A DNA stretch of 64,000 nt from Dehalococcoidia bacterium (lineage in GTDB: Bacteria; Chloroflexota; Dehalococcoidia; Lucifugimonadales; UBA3495): contig OY730415.1 of NCBI GenBank assembly GCA_963422635.1, positions 1,139,343-1,203,342 on the forward strand, written 5' to 3'. Positions 9,413 through 18,272 of this stretch are shown one piece after another; within the stretch, counting starts at the first letter, position 1; each line of letters starts with the position of its first letter. The notes beneath the pieces were generated by a model. The model did no database searches, had not been told where the DNA came from, and worked only from the letters and a program-made list of their open reading frames with translations. The position numbers were made by a program, and so were the translations under genes.

Positions 9413-9457
9413 GCCCACCGGCGCCTAACTATTACAAGAAATTTTAGAACGTCGTCG

Positions 9458-9482
9458 GTTATTAAAGAAAATCTTTAATAAC
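9458..9482. terminator. AT-rich hairpin between the convergent Fic and hypothetical genes
   Basis: GTTATTAAAGA-AAA-TCTTTAATAAC, an 11-bp perfect stem located between two converging stop codons. Confidence 0.4.
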
Positions 9483-9514
9483 TCTTTAGTAACCAACGGC
9501 CAGGCCAGCTCAAA

Positions 9515-10219
9515 TTACTCGACGGAACCGGTGCGCAGCCGGTTAATATGATTCACCACCAGAAACAGGCCGAGCGCTTGCTTGGCATTAAAGTAAGCGT
9601 TGATTGAACCGCCCAAGTTGCTGTGAATCATCAAGTTGATTAGGTTTTCATTCGTATAGCGCCGTTCCCACCGCGCTACCACGCTGCGGATAGTAGCAAT
9701 GGGTACGCGCGTGGCTTGGGGGGTTACCGACGGCCCCACCGACAGAAAGTCCAAATCCGTCCAGATTAACCCTTCCCGGTACGGATAAGGGCCGAGGGCG
9801 TCCGAAACCTCTTCCGGCCCAACCTCCAATCCCGGGTACTCCTCCCGGGTGAATACCCGGTGGAGATAGCCAGTTAAGCCGATCATTCCAGCATACTGAA
9901 TCGGGCCGAAATAGGACGTGATACTGCCCGAAGTCCCGTACACCCCCAACGAAGTCTGCGCATGGTGCGGGTTCTCCTTCTGAAATACCCATTCCGCATA
10001 AATGGAGTGGATTTCCTTGAGCGACAAACGGAAAGACTGCTCCGTATCGCTGCCGGATTTGTGCAGGCAGTCGTCTTCAATCCAGGTTATGCCTTCGAGG
10101 CACGGGATCGGGTTGAATCGTAATACCATCTCCTCCCTTCTCTCCGAGCCCCGGGCCGGCCCCCGACCATTAGACGCATCCGGGTTGCCTCTTTGCTGAA
10201 ACTGCCGCAAGATATTCAT
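9515..10219 (-). CDS. Hypothetical protein, no family recognised
   Basis: 234-aa ORF with a GGGAG-type RBS sequence upstream of ATG 10219. Composition looks lower-GC than the backbone. There is an apparent internal duplication (LEGITWIEDD...IHSIYAEW vs REGLIWTDLD...IRSVVARW). Confidence 0.55.
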   Translation of the reverse strand: MNILRQFQQRGNPDASNGRGPARGSERREEMVLRFNPIPCLEGITWIEDDCLHKSGSDTEQSFRLSLKEIHSIYAEWVFQKENPHHAQTSLGVYGTSGSITSYFGPIQYAGMIGLTGYLHRVFTREEYPGLEVGPEEVSDALGPYPYREGLIWTDLDFLSVGPSVTPQATRVPIATIRSVVARWERRYTNENLINLMIHSNLGGSINAYFNAKQALGLFLVVNHINRLRTGSVE

Positions 10220-10843
10220 TGCTCCGCTCCCTGAGGCTCCCGACCGCTACGCTTAAGTTGCGAGAACCCCGTGATGAAGTACTACCGACGCTAGCGGAGG
10301 CATTCTAGCCAAGTTGAGGGATATAGTCAAAATTGCTGGCTGCTTGGCTTGTCCGGTTAGCGTGGCCGGCTAAACCGGCCACGCCGAACGTCCTAATCAC
10401 CGCCGGAGTATCCGCCCCGCCGTCTACGTTTGCAAATCCAATCCCGACCTTACCGGCCCCCTACGAATAAAACCAAAAAATTGGCATCGATGAAACATCC
10501 GGGAAATACCCCTTCGGAGCCATCTTCTCCCTCTGATAGAGCCAGAAAGCGGTCGCTGAAGGATTCGCGACACGACCATCGTCGTCGTTGACCTAAACCA
10601 CCTCGGAAGAGCATGCCCAGACTCTACTCCAAAGTGTAGTAGTCAAGGAACTTATAACCTTTTCGGAATGCGCAGAGCGCATGAATCCAATAGTCCTTCT
10701 CCATGAATTGGAACAGTCAAAACGTCATACTCCGCCGTACTCGCCCGGCGCGCCCGGTCAATCGCCTTGCGCTGCATCCCCCGCCCAGCCTATCATACCC
10801 CAAGTCAACCCATCCTTGCCAAACAAAAAGAGGTTAACAATAA

Positions 10844-12151
10844 ATGTTTCCCCAGAACGTCTTTCCCGATACCGCCGAAATCGACCCGCAAGGCTGCCTG
10901 GTTATCGGCGGCTGCAACGCCCTCGATTTAGCCGCCCAGTATGGCACGCCAGTCTACGTGCTCGATGAGGCTACCCTGCGAAACCGCTGCCGCAGCTACC
11001 TCCAGGAGTTCGAGCGGCGCTGCCCCGGCGCCCGCGCGCTGTACGCCGCCAAGGCGTACATCAACCCGGCCCTGGCCCAAATCCTCCAGGAAGAAGGACT
11101 GGGATTAGACGTAGTGTCCGGCGGTGAACTGGCGGTGGCCGCCGCCGCCGGCTTTCCCCTGGACCAGGTCTATTTCCACGGCAACAACAAAACTCCCGAC
11201 GAACTGGCTTACGCCCTGGAGCAGGGCATCGGCCGAGTGGTGGTGGACAGCTTTCACGAACTGGAACTGCTCAACCGCATCGCCGCCGCCGCCGGACGGA
11301 CGCAAGACATCCTCATCCGGGTATCGCCCGGCATCGACCCCCACACCCACGCCTACACCACCACCGGCATCATCGACTCCAAATTCGGCTTTTCGATCCA
11401 GACCGGCGCCGCCGCCGCCGCCATCCGCCAAGCCCTGGCCGCCGCCCACCTAAACCTGCGGGGGCTGCACTTTCACCTGGGTTCGCCCATCTTTGAGCTG
11501 GAACCCTACGCCGCCGCCACCGACCTGGTCCTGCGGTTCGCCGCCCCTTTCCGGGAAGAGGGCCTCGATTTGCAGGAATTCAGCCCCGGCGGAGGCTTTG
11601 CCATCGCCTACACCCGGGAGCAGCAGCCGCCCGCCATCGCCGACTACGCCGAAACCATCGTCGGCGCGCTGCAGTCCACCTGCGCCGAACTGGGCCTGGC
11701 GATCCCCACCCTGCTGATTGAGCCCGGCCGCTCCATCATCGGCCCGGCCGGGGTGGCCCTGTATCGCATCGGCGCCATCAAGGACATCCCCGGAGTGCGC
11801 AAATACGTCAGCGTGGACGGCGGCATGGGCGACAATATCCGCCCCGCCCTGTACCAGGCCGCCTATGAGGTAGTATCGGCCGGCAAGGTCAACCGCGCCG
11901 ACACCGAGCAAGTTACCATTGCTGGCAAGTATTGCGAATCCGGCGACGTGCTGGCATCCGATATAATGCTGCCGGTCGCCGAGCCGGGAGACCTCATCGC
12001 CATCCCCGCCGCCGGCGCCTACTGCCCTTCCATGGCCAGCAATTACAACCTGAACCCGCGCCCGCCCATCGTGCTGGTACAAGACGGTCAGAGCCGGCTA
12101 ATTCGCCGCCGGGAAAGCTACGCCGATATGATGCAGTGCGACGTTCGATGA
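10844..12151 (+). CDS. lysA: Diaminopimelate decarboxylase
   Basis: 435 aa with the YAAKAY PLP-lysine motif, HFHLGS, EPGRSIIG and CESGD. Confidence 0.95.
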   Translation: MFPQNVFPDTAEIDPQGCLVIGGCNALDLAAQYGTPVYVLDEATLRNRCRSYLQEFERRCPGARALYAAKAYINPALAQILQEEGLGLDVVSGGELAVAAAAGFPLDQVYFHGNNKTPDELAYALEQGIGRVVVDSFHELELLNRIAAAAGRTQDILIRVSPGIDPHTHAYTTTGIIDSKFGFSIQTGAAAAAIRQALAAAHLNLRGLHFHLGSPIFELEPYAAATDLVLRFAAPFREEGLDLQEFSPGGGFAIAYTREQQPPAIADYAETIVGALQSTCAELGLAIPTLLIEPGRSIIGPAGVALYRIGAIKDIPGVRKYVSVDGGMGDNIRPALYQAAYEVVSAGKVNRADTEQVTIAGKYCESGDVLASDIMLPVAEPGDLIAIPAAGAYCPSMASNYNLNPRPPIVLVQDGQSRLIRRRESYADMMQCDVR

Positions 12152-12245
12152 TAACGGAGTTCAACGGTTCCAGGCCAACGCCGTTCCGCCGGCCCCAGCA
12201 GGAATGACTGGAAGGGGAGTATTGCGCCGCGGGGAAGCATTGAGA

Positions 12246-13286
12246 ATGTGGCCGGTTTACGGCCAAGACCATATCCTGCGTCAGTGGGAGGCCGGGCTAA
12301 AAACCGGGCGGCTGGCCCACGCCTACCTGCTGGTCGGCCCGCCCCACATGGGTAAAATGTCCCTCGCCCTCGCCCTGGCCCAAGCGGTCAACTGCTTGAG
12401 CCGCCCGCCCGCCGCCGCTGGCAATGCCCCCTGCGGCGAATGCCGCCAGTGCCGCCGCATCGCCCAGGGCATCCACGCCGACGTGAAAGTGGTGGGCGTT
12501 GGCTCCGGCGAAGACGAAGGCCCGGCCCGCCGGGACATCCGCATTGACCAGGTGCGAGAAATTGAGTCCTTTCTCAACCTAACCCCCTACGAAGGTTCCC
12601 GCAAGGTTATCATTATCGACGGGTCGGAGTCGTTGAATACGGCGGCGGCCAACGCCCTGCTCAAAACCCTGGAGGAACCCCCCGACGATGCCCTGTTACT
12701 GCTGCTGACCGTCAGCGAGGATGCCCTGCTGCCTACTATTCGCTCCCGTTGCAGCCTCCTCTACCTGAAACCGGTAGCCAAGGCGGAACTGGAGCATAAG
12801 CTGGTAAACGAGTATGACACCTCCCCGGCCTTGGCGGAACAGTTGGCCCGCTGGTCCCGAGGCTGCCTGGGCCAAGCGGTCAACGTCCGGCAAGACCCGC
12901 AAATCCTGGAGCAGCGAGACGCCGACCTGGAACGGCTCCTGGAGGTTTGCAACGGCGGCCTCGACGCCCGGTTTGACTATGCCGCCGAACTGGCGACCCG
13001 CTTTAACCGAGAACGGGACGCCGCCCGAGAACTGCTTTACCTTTGGCTGCGCTGGTGGCGCGACCTGCTGCTGGTTAAGGAAGGCGTCGAGGAATACGTC
13101 CACCACGCCGACCGGATTATGCCCCTGCGCCTGCAAGCTACCGGGCTCACCACTGCCCAGGTGGTAGCTTTCATCAAAGATTTGAACCGCACGCTGGCGG
13201 CCCTGGACGCCAACGCCAACGCGCGTCTGGCCTTGGAGGCGCTGCTGCTTAACCTGCCGCCCTCCCCCTCCGGGAACCAGAGCTAA
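12246..13286 (+). CDS. holB: DNA polymerase III delta-prime subunit
   Basis: AHAYLLVGPPHMGKMSLALALAQAVNC plus a CGECRQCRRI zinc module and clamp-loader C-terminal helices. The start is taken at ATG 12246 within ORF 12204-13286. Confidence 0.88.
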   Translation: MWPVYGQDHILRQWEAGLKTGRLAHAYLLVGPPHMGKMSLALALAQAVNCLSRPPAAAGNAPCGECRQCRRIAQGIHADVKVVGVGSGEDEGPARRDIRIDQVREIESFLNLTPYEGSRKVIIIDGSESLNTAAANALLKTLEEPPDDALLLLLTVSEDALLPTIRSRCSLLYLKPVAKAELEHKLVNEYDTSPALAEQLARWSRGCLGQAVNVRQDPQILEQRDADLERLLEVCNGGLDARFDYAAELATRFNRERDAARELLYLWLRWWRDLLLVKEGVEEYVHHADRIMPLRLQATGLTTAQVVAFIKDLNRTLAALDANANARLALEALLLNLPPSPSGNQS

Positions 13287-13372
13287 AGGCCTTGAAGCCG
13301 GAATCGCAATTAACCCGCTCTTCATCGATTAGCCGGAAAATGGTAAAATAAGTAGGCTAAATGGATAAATAA

Positions 13373-13861
13373 ATGCAAGACAATCGAATGACCTGGTGGT
13401 TCTGGGTGCCGGCCCTGCCCAAGCCCTTAATCGTAGCGGCGTGGGTGCTCTATTGCGTATATTCCGCTGGCGCTCCTTATTTGCACTCCTTGGCAACTCC
13501 CGGTCAACCCTGGTGGCTTGACCTATGGTACGGCGCCGGCGGCAATGCCATCGGCGTTTTTACCTGGACTATCATCGCCGTTCAACTTAACGTGGAGGTC
13601 GTATTTATGATATTCACTCTGCGGGCTAATCAGCGTCAGGTAGAGCAGGCAGCTATTAAGAACCGGGAAGAAGGCCGGGAAGAGGGGCGGGAAGAGGGCC
13701 GGGAAGAAGGTCAAGAAGAAGGTCGCACCCAGCAACAGCAAGCATGGCTGGACTGGTACAAGGAAGTCAAAGGCAGTCTGCCGGGAGACGCGCCGCCGCC
13801 GCCTCGCCTGAGCAACGGCAACAACGACGGGGGCAGCGACAACCGGCAAGATAAGCCTTGA
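13373..13861 (+). CDS. Two-TM membrane protein with an (EEGR)n tetrapeptide repeat
   Basis: 162 aa. Two hydrophobic segments are followed by NREEGREEGREEGREEGQEEGR, encoded by 12-nt tandem repeats at 13664-13728. It has the same architecture as ORF 28907-29323. Confidence 0.6.
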   Translation: MQDNRMTWWFWVPALPKPLIVAAWVLYCVYSAGAPYLHSLATPGQPWWLDLWYGAGGNAIGVFTWTIIAVQLNVEVVFMIFTLRANQRQVEQAAIKNREEGREEGREEGREEGQEEGRTQQQQAWLDWYKEVKGSLPGDAPPPPRLSNGNNDGGSDNRQDKP

Positions 13862-13932
13862 TTTTCGCGGCCATCCGGGAGGCGTCAAACGTCAAACCCG
13901 GGTTAGCCGGAAATGTCCGTCGGCGCCAGCCT

Positions 13933-14625
13933 TCAACTCCGTATCCCCAGATCCGGTAAATCCGGGTTAATTTTCCCCGTCTCCTCCCGCCAAGGTAGGT
14001 AGGGCCGCCATTCGTCCAGAATGGCGCGGTTCTGGAGAATGCGATAGGGGTTGGGTTGGGGAACCCGCGGTTCCGTCTTGAGCCGCATATTAGCCTCGGC
14101 CGGTGTCCGCCCCGCCTTGTGCCAGTTGCACCGGCTGCACGCCGCTACCACGTTTTCCCAAGTATGCTCCCCCCGCTGCCGTCGCGGCACCACGTGGTCC
14201 AACGTCAACTCCGGCGTCTTCTTTCCGCAATACTGGCAGGTGTATTGGTCCCGCAGAAAGATTTCCTTCTTGGACAGTTTGCGCGGAGCAAAAGGCCGCT
14301 TGACCAGATAAGCCAAGCGGATAATTGAAGGGGCTTCGATGACGGCCGAAACGGAGCGAATCTCTCCCCGGTAGTTCTCCAGCAACTCCGCCTTGCCTTT
14401 GCTGAGCAGGATGACGGCCCGGCGCACCGTCGAGACATTGACCGGGACGTAGTTGAGATTAAGCACCAGCACCGGCGAGGTCAACCCGCCATCCTCGGCC
14501 GATTCCCTGCCGAACTTGTTCCCTGGCCCGTTCCGGCATTGGCCGGCGCCGGACGGCGCCGGTTTACCGCTAAGGGCTTTTCCAACCACCTGCGCTTTCA
14601 CCTCATTAAAGTTGGCGATTGCCAA
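13933..14625 (-). CDS. HNH endonuclease
   Basis: DQYTCQYCGK...LDHVVPRRQRGEHTWENVVAACSRCNWHKAGR is a canonical HNH/zinc motif. The N-terminal ~55 aa are poorly constrained, so the start is uncertain. Confidence 0.85.
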   Translation of the reverse strand: MAIANFNEVKAQVVGKALSGKPAPSGAGQCRNGPGNKFGRESAEDGGLTSPVLVLNLNYVPVNVSTVRRAVILLSKGKAELLENYRGEIRSVSAVIEAPSIIRLAYLVKRPFAPRKLSKKEIFLRDQYTCQYCGKKTPELTLDHVVPRRQRGEHTWENVVAACSRCNWHKAGRTPAEANMRLKTEPRVPQPNPYRILQNRAILDEWRPYLPWREETGKINPDLPDLGIRS

Positions 14626-14752
14626 TTTGGTGAACCGGAATGGCTGCTAATGCTTTTCCGATATTATATACCAACGGCGGAAAATATGCTCGCTCTGCCG
14701 GATTTGGCGACCCAGATACCGGCATCGGGGCCCGGGGAAAGGGGATTTTCCC

Positions 14753-15388
14753 TTAAGGAGAGCGCCGAAGCTCGGCCAGTCGCTCCCTCAGCCGGATTAA
14801 CCCCGCCAGCGCCGCCACCCCGTAGAGGTAGCCGCCGATAACGTCGCTGGGCCAATGCACGCCCAAGTAAACCCGGGAAACCCCTACCAGCGCAATCAGC
14901 AAAACCAGTCCCCCGACCAGCCCGCGCCGCGCCAACGGATTACGAACCCCCGACCCGACCAAGTAAATCAATATCCCCCCCAGCAACATCGCAAAAGTGG
15001 CGTGGCCGCTGGGAAAGCCCAAGCTGCTCGGGACGGAGTCAATAATAGCGTAATCCGGGCGGGGACGGCCAATGAGCGATTTCAGGGCCGGAATCAGGGC
15101 CGTCGGCATCACCGCCAGAACCAGCAGCAACGCATCGGCCCGTTGGCGGTTCAGGAACAGCAGCCCCCCGGTCAGCGCCGCCGCCGAAATCGCCACCGGA
15201 ACCCAGCCCAAGTAGGATACTGTCCGGAATACGGCAGTCAGGCCCGGACTTTGCCAGCCCTGAATCCCCCGCAGCGCCACCTCGTCCCCGGGCCAAACGG
15301 GAAAGGCCCAAGCCAGAACAAAAGCTACTCCGGTCAGCAGCGCCCCACCGACCAACGCCCCATCCTTGCCGGAAATTTTAGCCGTCAT
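14753..15388 (-). CDS. PAP2-family phosphatase (membrane)
   Basis: KSLIGRPRP, SFPSGH and SRVYLGVHWPSDV are the three PAP2 motifs, with multiple TM helices. The start is taken at ATG 15388 (MTAKISG) inside ORF 14753-15496. Confidence 0.85.
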   Translation of the reverse strand: MTAKISGKDGALVGGALLTGVAFVLAWAFPVWPGDEVALRGIQGWQSPGLTAVFRTVSYLGWVPVAISAAALTGGLLFLNRQRADALLLVLAVMPTALIPALKSLIGRPRPDYAIIDSVPSSLGFPSGHATFAMLLGGILIYLVGSGVRNPLARRGLVGGLVLLIALVGVSRVYLGVHWPSDVIGGYLYGVAALAGLIRLRERLAELRRSP

Positions 15389-15464
15389 CCCTCTTCCCCG
15401 CCTAGCGCCGCCTCTAACCAACCGCTTAATACGAAAACCGGGGCGGGGGAAGCGGCAGCTCGGT

Positions 15465-15854
15465 TCAGCCGCCATTTCTCGAAAGCGCCTCGGCATCCCG
15501 AATATAGGTCAGCGTCTCCCGGATGTCCTCAATCAGTTGCTCCTCCGGTTCGGTAATGCCATCGTAGAAGCGCCTTCCGTGCAAAATCTGAGCCCGGTGG
15601 CCGTAGCGAACTTCCAGTTGTCGGAAGTAGAAATCCTCCCGCCGCAAACTCCGAACCCCGTGCATTGTCTGTCCAGCGCTCCGAGGTTCCCGGCCCGTTC
15701 GGGCTAAAATCAGAGCGTCAGTAGCGCGCTTGGTAGCGCCCCAGGCTTTCTCCGCCGAGTTGCGCAGATTTCCCCGCTCCAGTTCCTCCAGCGCATCTTG
15801 ATAAAGAAACCGGGCATCGGCGAAAATAGTTTCTACCCCTTCTGTTTCCAGCAT
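15465..15854 (-). CDS. PaREP1-like / HEPN-superfamily helical protein
   Basis: ALEELERGNLRNSAEKAWGATKRATDALI is the PaREP1-type N-terminal helix pair. HRAQILHG fits R-x4-H. A GGGGAG RBS precedes ATG 15854. Paralog of 50586-51017. Confidence 0.55.
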   Translation of the reverse strand: MLETEGVETIFADARFLYQDALEELERGNLRNSAEKAWGATKRATDALILARTGREPRSAGQTMHGVRSLRREDFYFRQLEVRYGHRAQILHGRRFYDGITEPEEQLIEDIRETLTYIRDAEALSRNGG

Positions 15855-15936
15855 ATTACTCCCCAAGTTCACCCCTAATGAGCTTTTGGCGTAGCCTACC
15901 CCCTTCCCCTAGTCTTTAGCTCCCCCGGCTCCGCCC

Positions 15937-17361
15937 CTACGCCGCCGGCCGGTTACCCACTTCCGGCCCCACCCGGCGCCGCTGGAACTGGCCGCTGCCC
16001 AGGTCGGTGTGCAAGCGGCCTTCCTCCACCGCCACCTTACCCCGCAGGATGGTCATCACCGGCCAGCCCTCAACCTCGCGCCCTTCCCAGATGCTATAGT
16101 CGGAGATGTGAAAGTCGTCCATAGTCAGGGGCCGCTTAATGTCTGGGTCAATCAGCGCAATATCGGCGTCGCTGCCCGGGGCGATGACCCCTTTGCGCGG
16201 GTAAAGGCCCATTATCTTGGCGGCGTTGGCCGAGGTTACGTCCACGAACCGCTGCAACGACATCCCCCGCTTGGACACCCCCTCGCTGTAGGTGATGCCC
16301 AGCCGGGTTTCAATCCCGTTATGGCCGCCAGTAACGTCGGTTACCCGCCGCCCGGCGATTTTCACATCCCAAGTGGTGCAATACTCGTCGGTAGCCATCG
16401 AACTCAGGCCGCCCTGGACGATGCCGTCCCACAAGGAGCGCCGGTCGTTTTCCGATTTGAGGGAGGGATAGGTATGGTACTTCATCCCGTTTTCCTCTTG
16501 GTAGTTGTCGGCGCTAAAGCAGCAATAGTTGTGCAGCGTCTCGCCGTACACCGGCATCCCCTTGGCCCGGGCCTCCTGCACTGCGGCCAGTCCCTCCCGC
16601 GCGCTGACATGCACAAAATAGACCGGCGATCCGGTCCACTCCGCCACCCGCAGCACCCGCCGGAAGGACACATCCTCCGATTCATTGCTGTGCACCAAGT
16701 GCATATTCCACCACTCGGTACGCTCCTGTTCGGTCAGCTTGCGATACATGTGCTGCACCATATCATCGTCCTCGGCATGCACCATCAGCATCGCCCCGTG
16801 CCGCTGAACTTGCTCCATCAGGTCGTGCAAGTGACCCATCCGCACCATCCGCGGCTCCCCGGACATACTGGGCGGTCGGATGTTGGTGGTGAAAATCTTG
16901 ACGCTGGCAAAGCCGTCCTGGATCTGTTCGTTGAGTTGGCCCAGAACGTTGTCCGATATATCCCCCAACAACATCAGATGGTGGGCATAGTCGGCGTAGG
17001 AGTTGCCCTGCCAAACCCCGGTACGCTCCTGAATAGCCTGGTTGAGGTCAATGCCGGGATACTGGATGGCGAAATCCAGGATGGTGGTGGTGCCGCCGAA
17101 AATCGCCGCCCGGCTCACCTCCGCCGGCGGCGCCGTTTTCAGGTCGCCCTGGCCCATCACCGGAGCGTAAACGTGGGCGTGCGGCTCAATGCCGCCGGGA
17201 ACCACCACCTTGCCGGCCGCATCGATAACGCGGGCCGTCTCTTCAGTAAGGGTATTACTGGCGGCAACGGCGACGATTTTCTCGCCCTGCACCGCAATGT
17301 CCCAATCGCCCACCCCCCAAGGGGTAACCACCTGGCCGTTGCGAATAATCAAGTCAAACAT
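15937..17361 (-). CDS. Cyclic amidohydrolase (dihydropyrimidinase / D-hydantoinase family)
   Basis: 474 aa with the metal-binding GGIEPHAHV, SVKIF, MVHAED and YFVHVS. The overlapping 474-aa + strand ORF is a shadow. Confidence 0.88.
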   Translation of the reverse strand: MFDLIIRNGQVVTPWGVGDWDIAVQGEKIVAVAASNTLTEETARVIDAAGKVVVPGGIEPHAHVYAPVMGQGDLKTAPPAEVSRAAIFGGTTTILDFAIQYPGIDLNQAIQERTGVWQGNSYADYAHHLMLLGDISDNVLGQLNEQIQDGFASVKIFTTNIRPPSMSGEPRMVRMGHLHDLMEQVQRHGAMLMVHAEDDDMVQHMYRKLTEQERTEWWNMHLVHSNESEDVSFRRVLRVAEWTGSPVYFVHVSAREGLAAVQEARAKGMPVYGETLHNYCCFSADNYQEENGMKYHTYPSLKSENDRRSLWDGIVQGGLSSMATDEYCTTWDVKIAGRRVTDVTGGHNGIETRLGITYSEGVSKRGMSLQRFVDVTSANAAKIMGLYPRKGVIAPGSDADIALIDPDIKRPLTMDDFHISDYSIWEGREVEGWPVMTILRGKVAVEEGRLHTDLGSGQFQRRRVGPEVGNRPAA

Positions 17362-17416
17362 TGCTCAAACCTCCTGCTCCCGGATTTGTTCGGTACGTAT
17401 TGGGGCGATTACTCCC

Positions 17417-18102
17417 TCATCCGTCCGGTATAGGCCGCTCGCCCAATAAGACCAAGAGCGATAACACTCCCAATCTCCCAATGATGATACCGCCCCCCAG
17501 ACTTATTTCGGCAACAATTGCCGCAGACCCGAATATATAGGTAAAGCCGAATGGCCAAACCAGCCCGGTTACCAACCCGGTGGTTAAACTGCCGGAAGCG
17601 CTTTTTGACTTCTGAGTCCGGTACACCGCCGACCGGCGCTGCCGGGCGCCTTCGGCTCGGGCAGTACGCAAAGTGATGTCACGAAATTTGCGCTCCGGTA
17701 TTCGGGTTGCCGGGGGCTTACGCCATGGCGCCAGCAATTCACGGTAACGCTTCCTGAATCGCCATCGGTCTGATTCCCCTTCGAACTGTTGCAGAACCGG
17801 CAAAGAACCTGCAAGTTAGACTCGTCGTTTTTTTCTTTGTCGGTTTTTCCTGGGCGGTCGAGCGGATGTATATGGTCGATGGTGAGGTTGTTTCGGTTCA
17901 GGTAAACCCCGCAATACATACCGAGATTGCATTGCCCCCGACTGATACGCCACATTTGTTCTTTAGGAAAGGGTTTACGGAGCGCCGGCCTCCCCGCCGA
18001 CTTATCTCTCTTGAGCCCCAGCAAGATGCCCAAGTACCAGTCGGCGACAGTCAGCCTAATACCAATAATTACGGTAATTACGCCGACTAGTCCAGGGTTC
18101 AC
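17417..18102 (-). pseudogene. HNH-nuclease domain flanked by TM helices, apparently frameshifted
   Basis: ORF 17584-18102 has an N-terminal TM, then CGVYL...IDHIHPL...NLQVLCRFCNSSKG (HNH). Just after KG the sensible continuation (SDRWRFRKRYRELL..., then a C-terminal double TM) is in the +1 frame, which is ORF 17417-17803. The switch point is at the C-run 17776-17779. Confidence 0.55.
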
Positions 18103-18272
18103 GCTACAACTCCGCTACCGGGCTGAATTACGCTACTATTTCAGACCATCTTATCCTTGTCAAGAACGGCGCATTCCGCAATAAGAGGCGTAACCTCGTT
18201 CGCCTTGAGCTTGTCGCCGAGCTGACTGAACGATGAAAACGACGTTCCATATAATTAAGTTGGGCAATTAAG

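Noticed and set aside
10440-10680. L-box (lysine) riboswitch upstream of lysA.
   Set aside because: Only scattered short similarities are present. The GAGGCGC-type P1/P2 start and the order of conserved segments do not fit. It is reported only as a low-interest item to test.
16009-17433. 474-aa + strand ORF, with similar very long ORFs at 1373-2170(-), 2300-3064(-), 32388-33533(-), 33428-34396(-), 44894-46234(-), 47874-49130(-), 49452-50420(-), 51476-52726(-) and 61583-62635(+).
   Set aside because: Each lies exactly antisense to, or out of frame with, a gene that has clear family motifs. The products are Arg/Pro/Gly/His-rich with no motifs. These are typical shadow ORFs of high-GC DNA.
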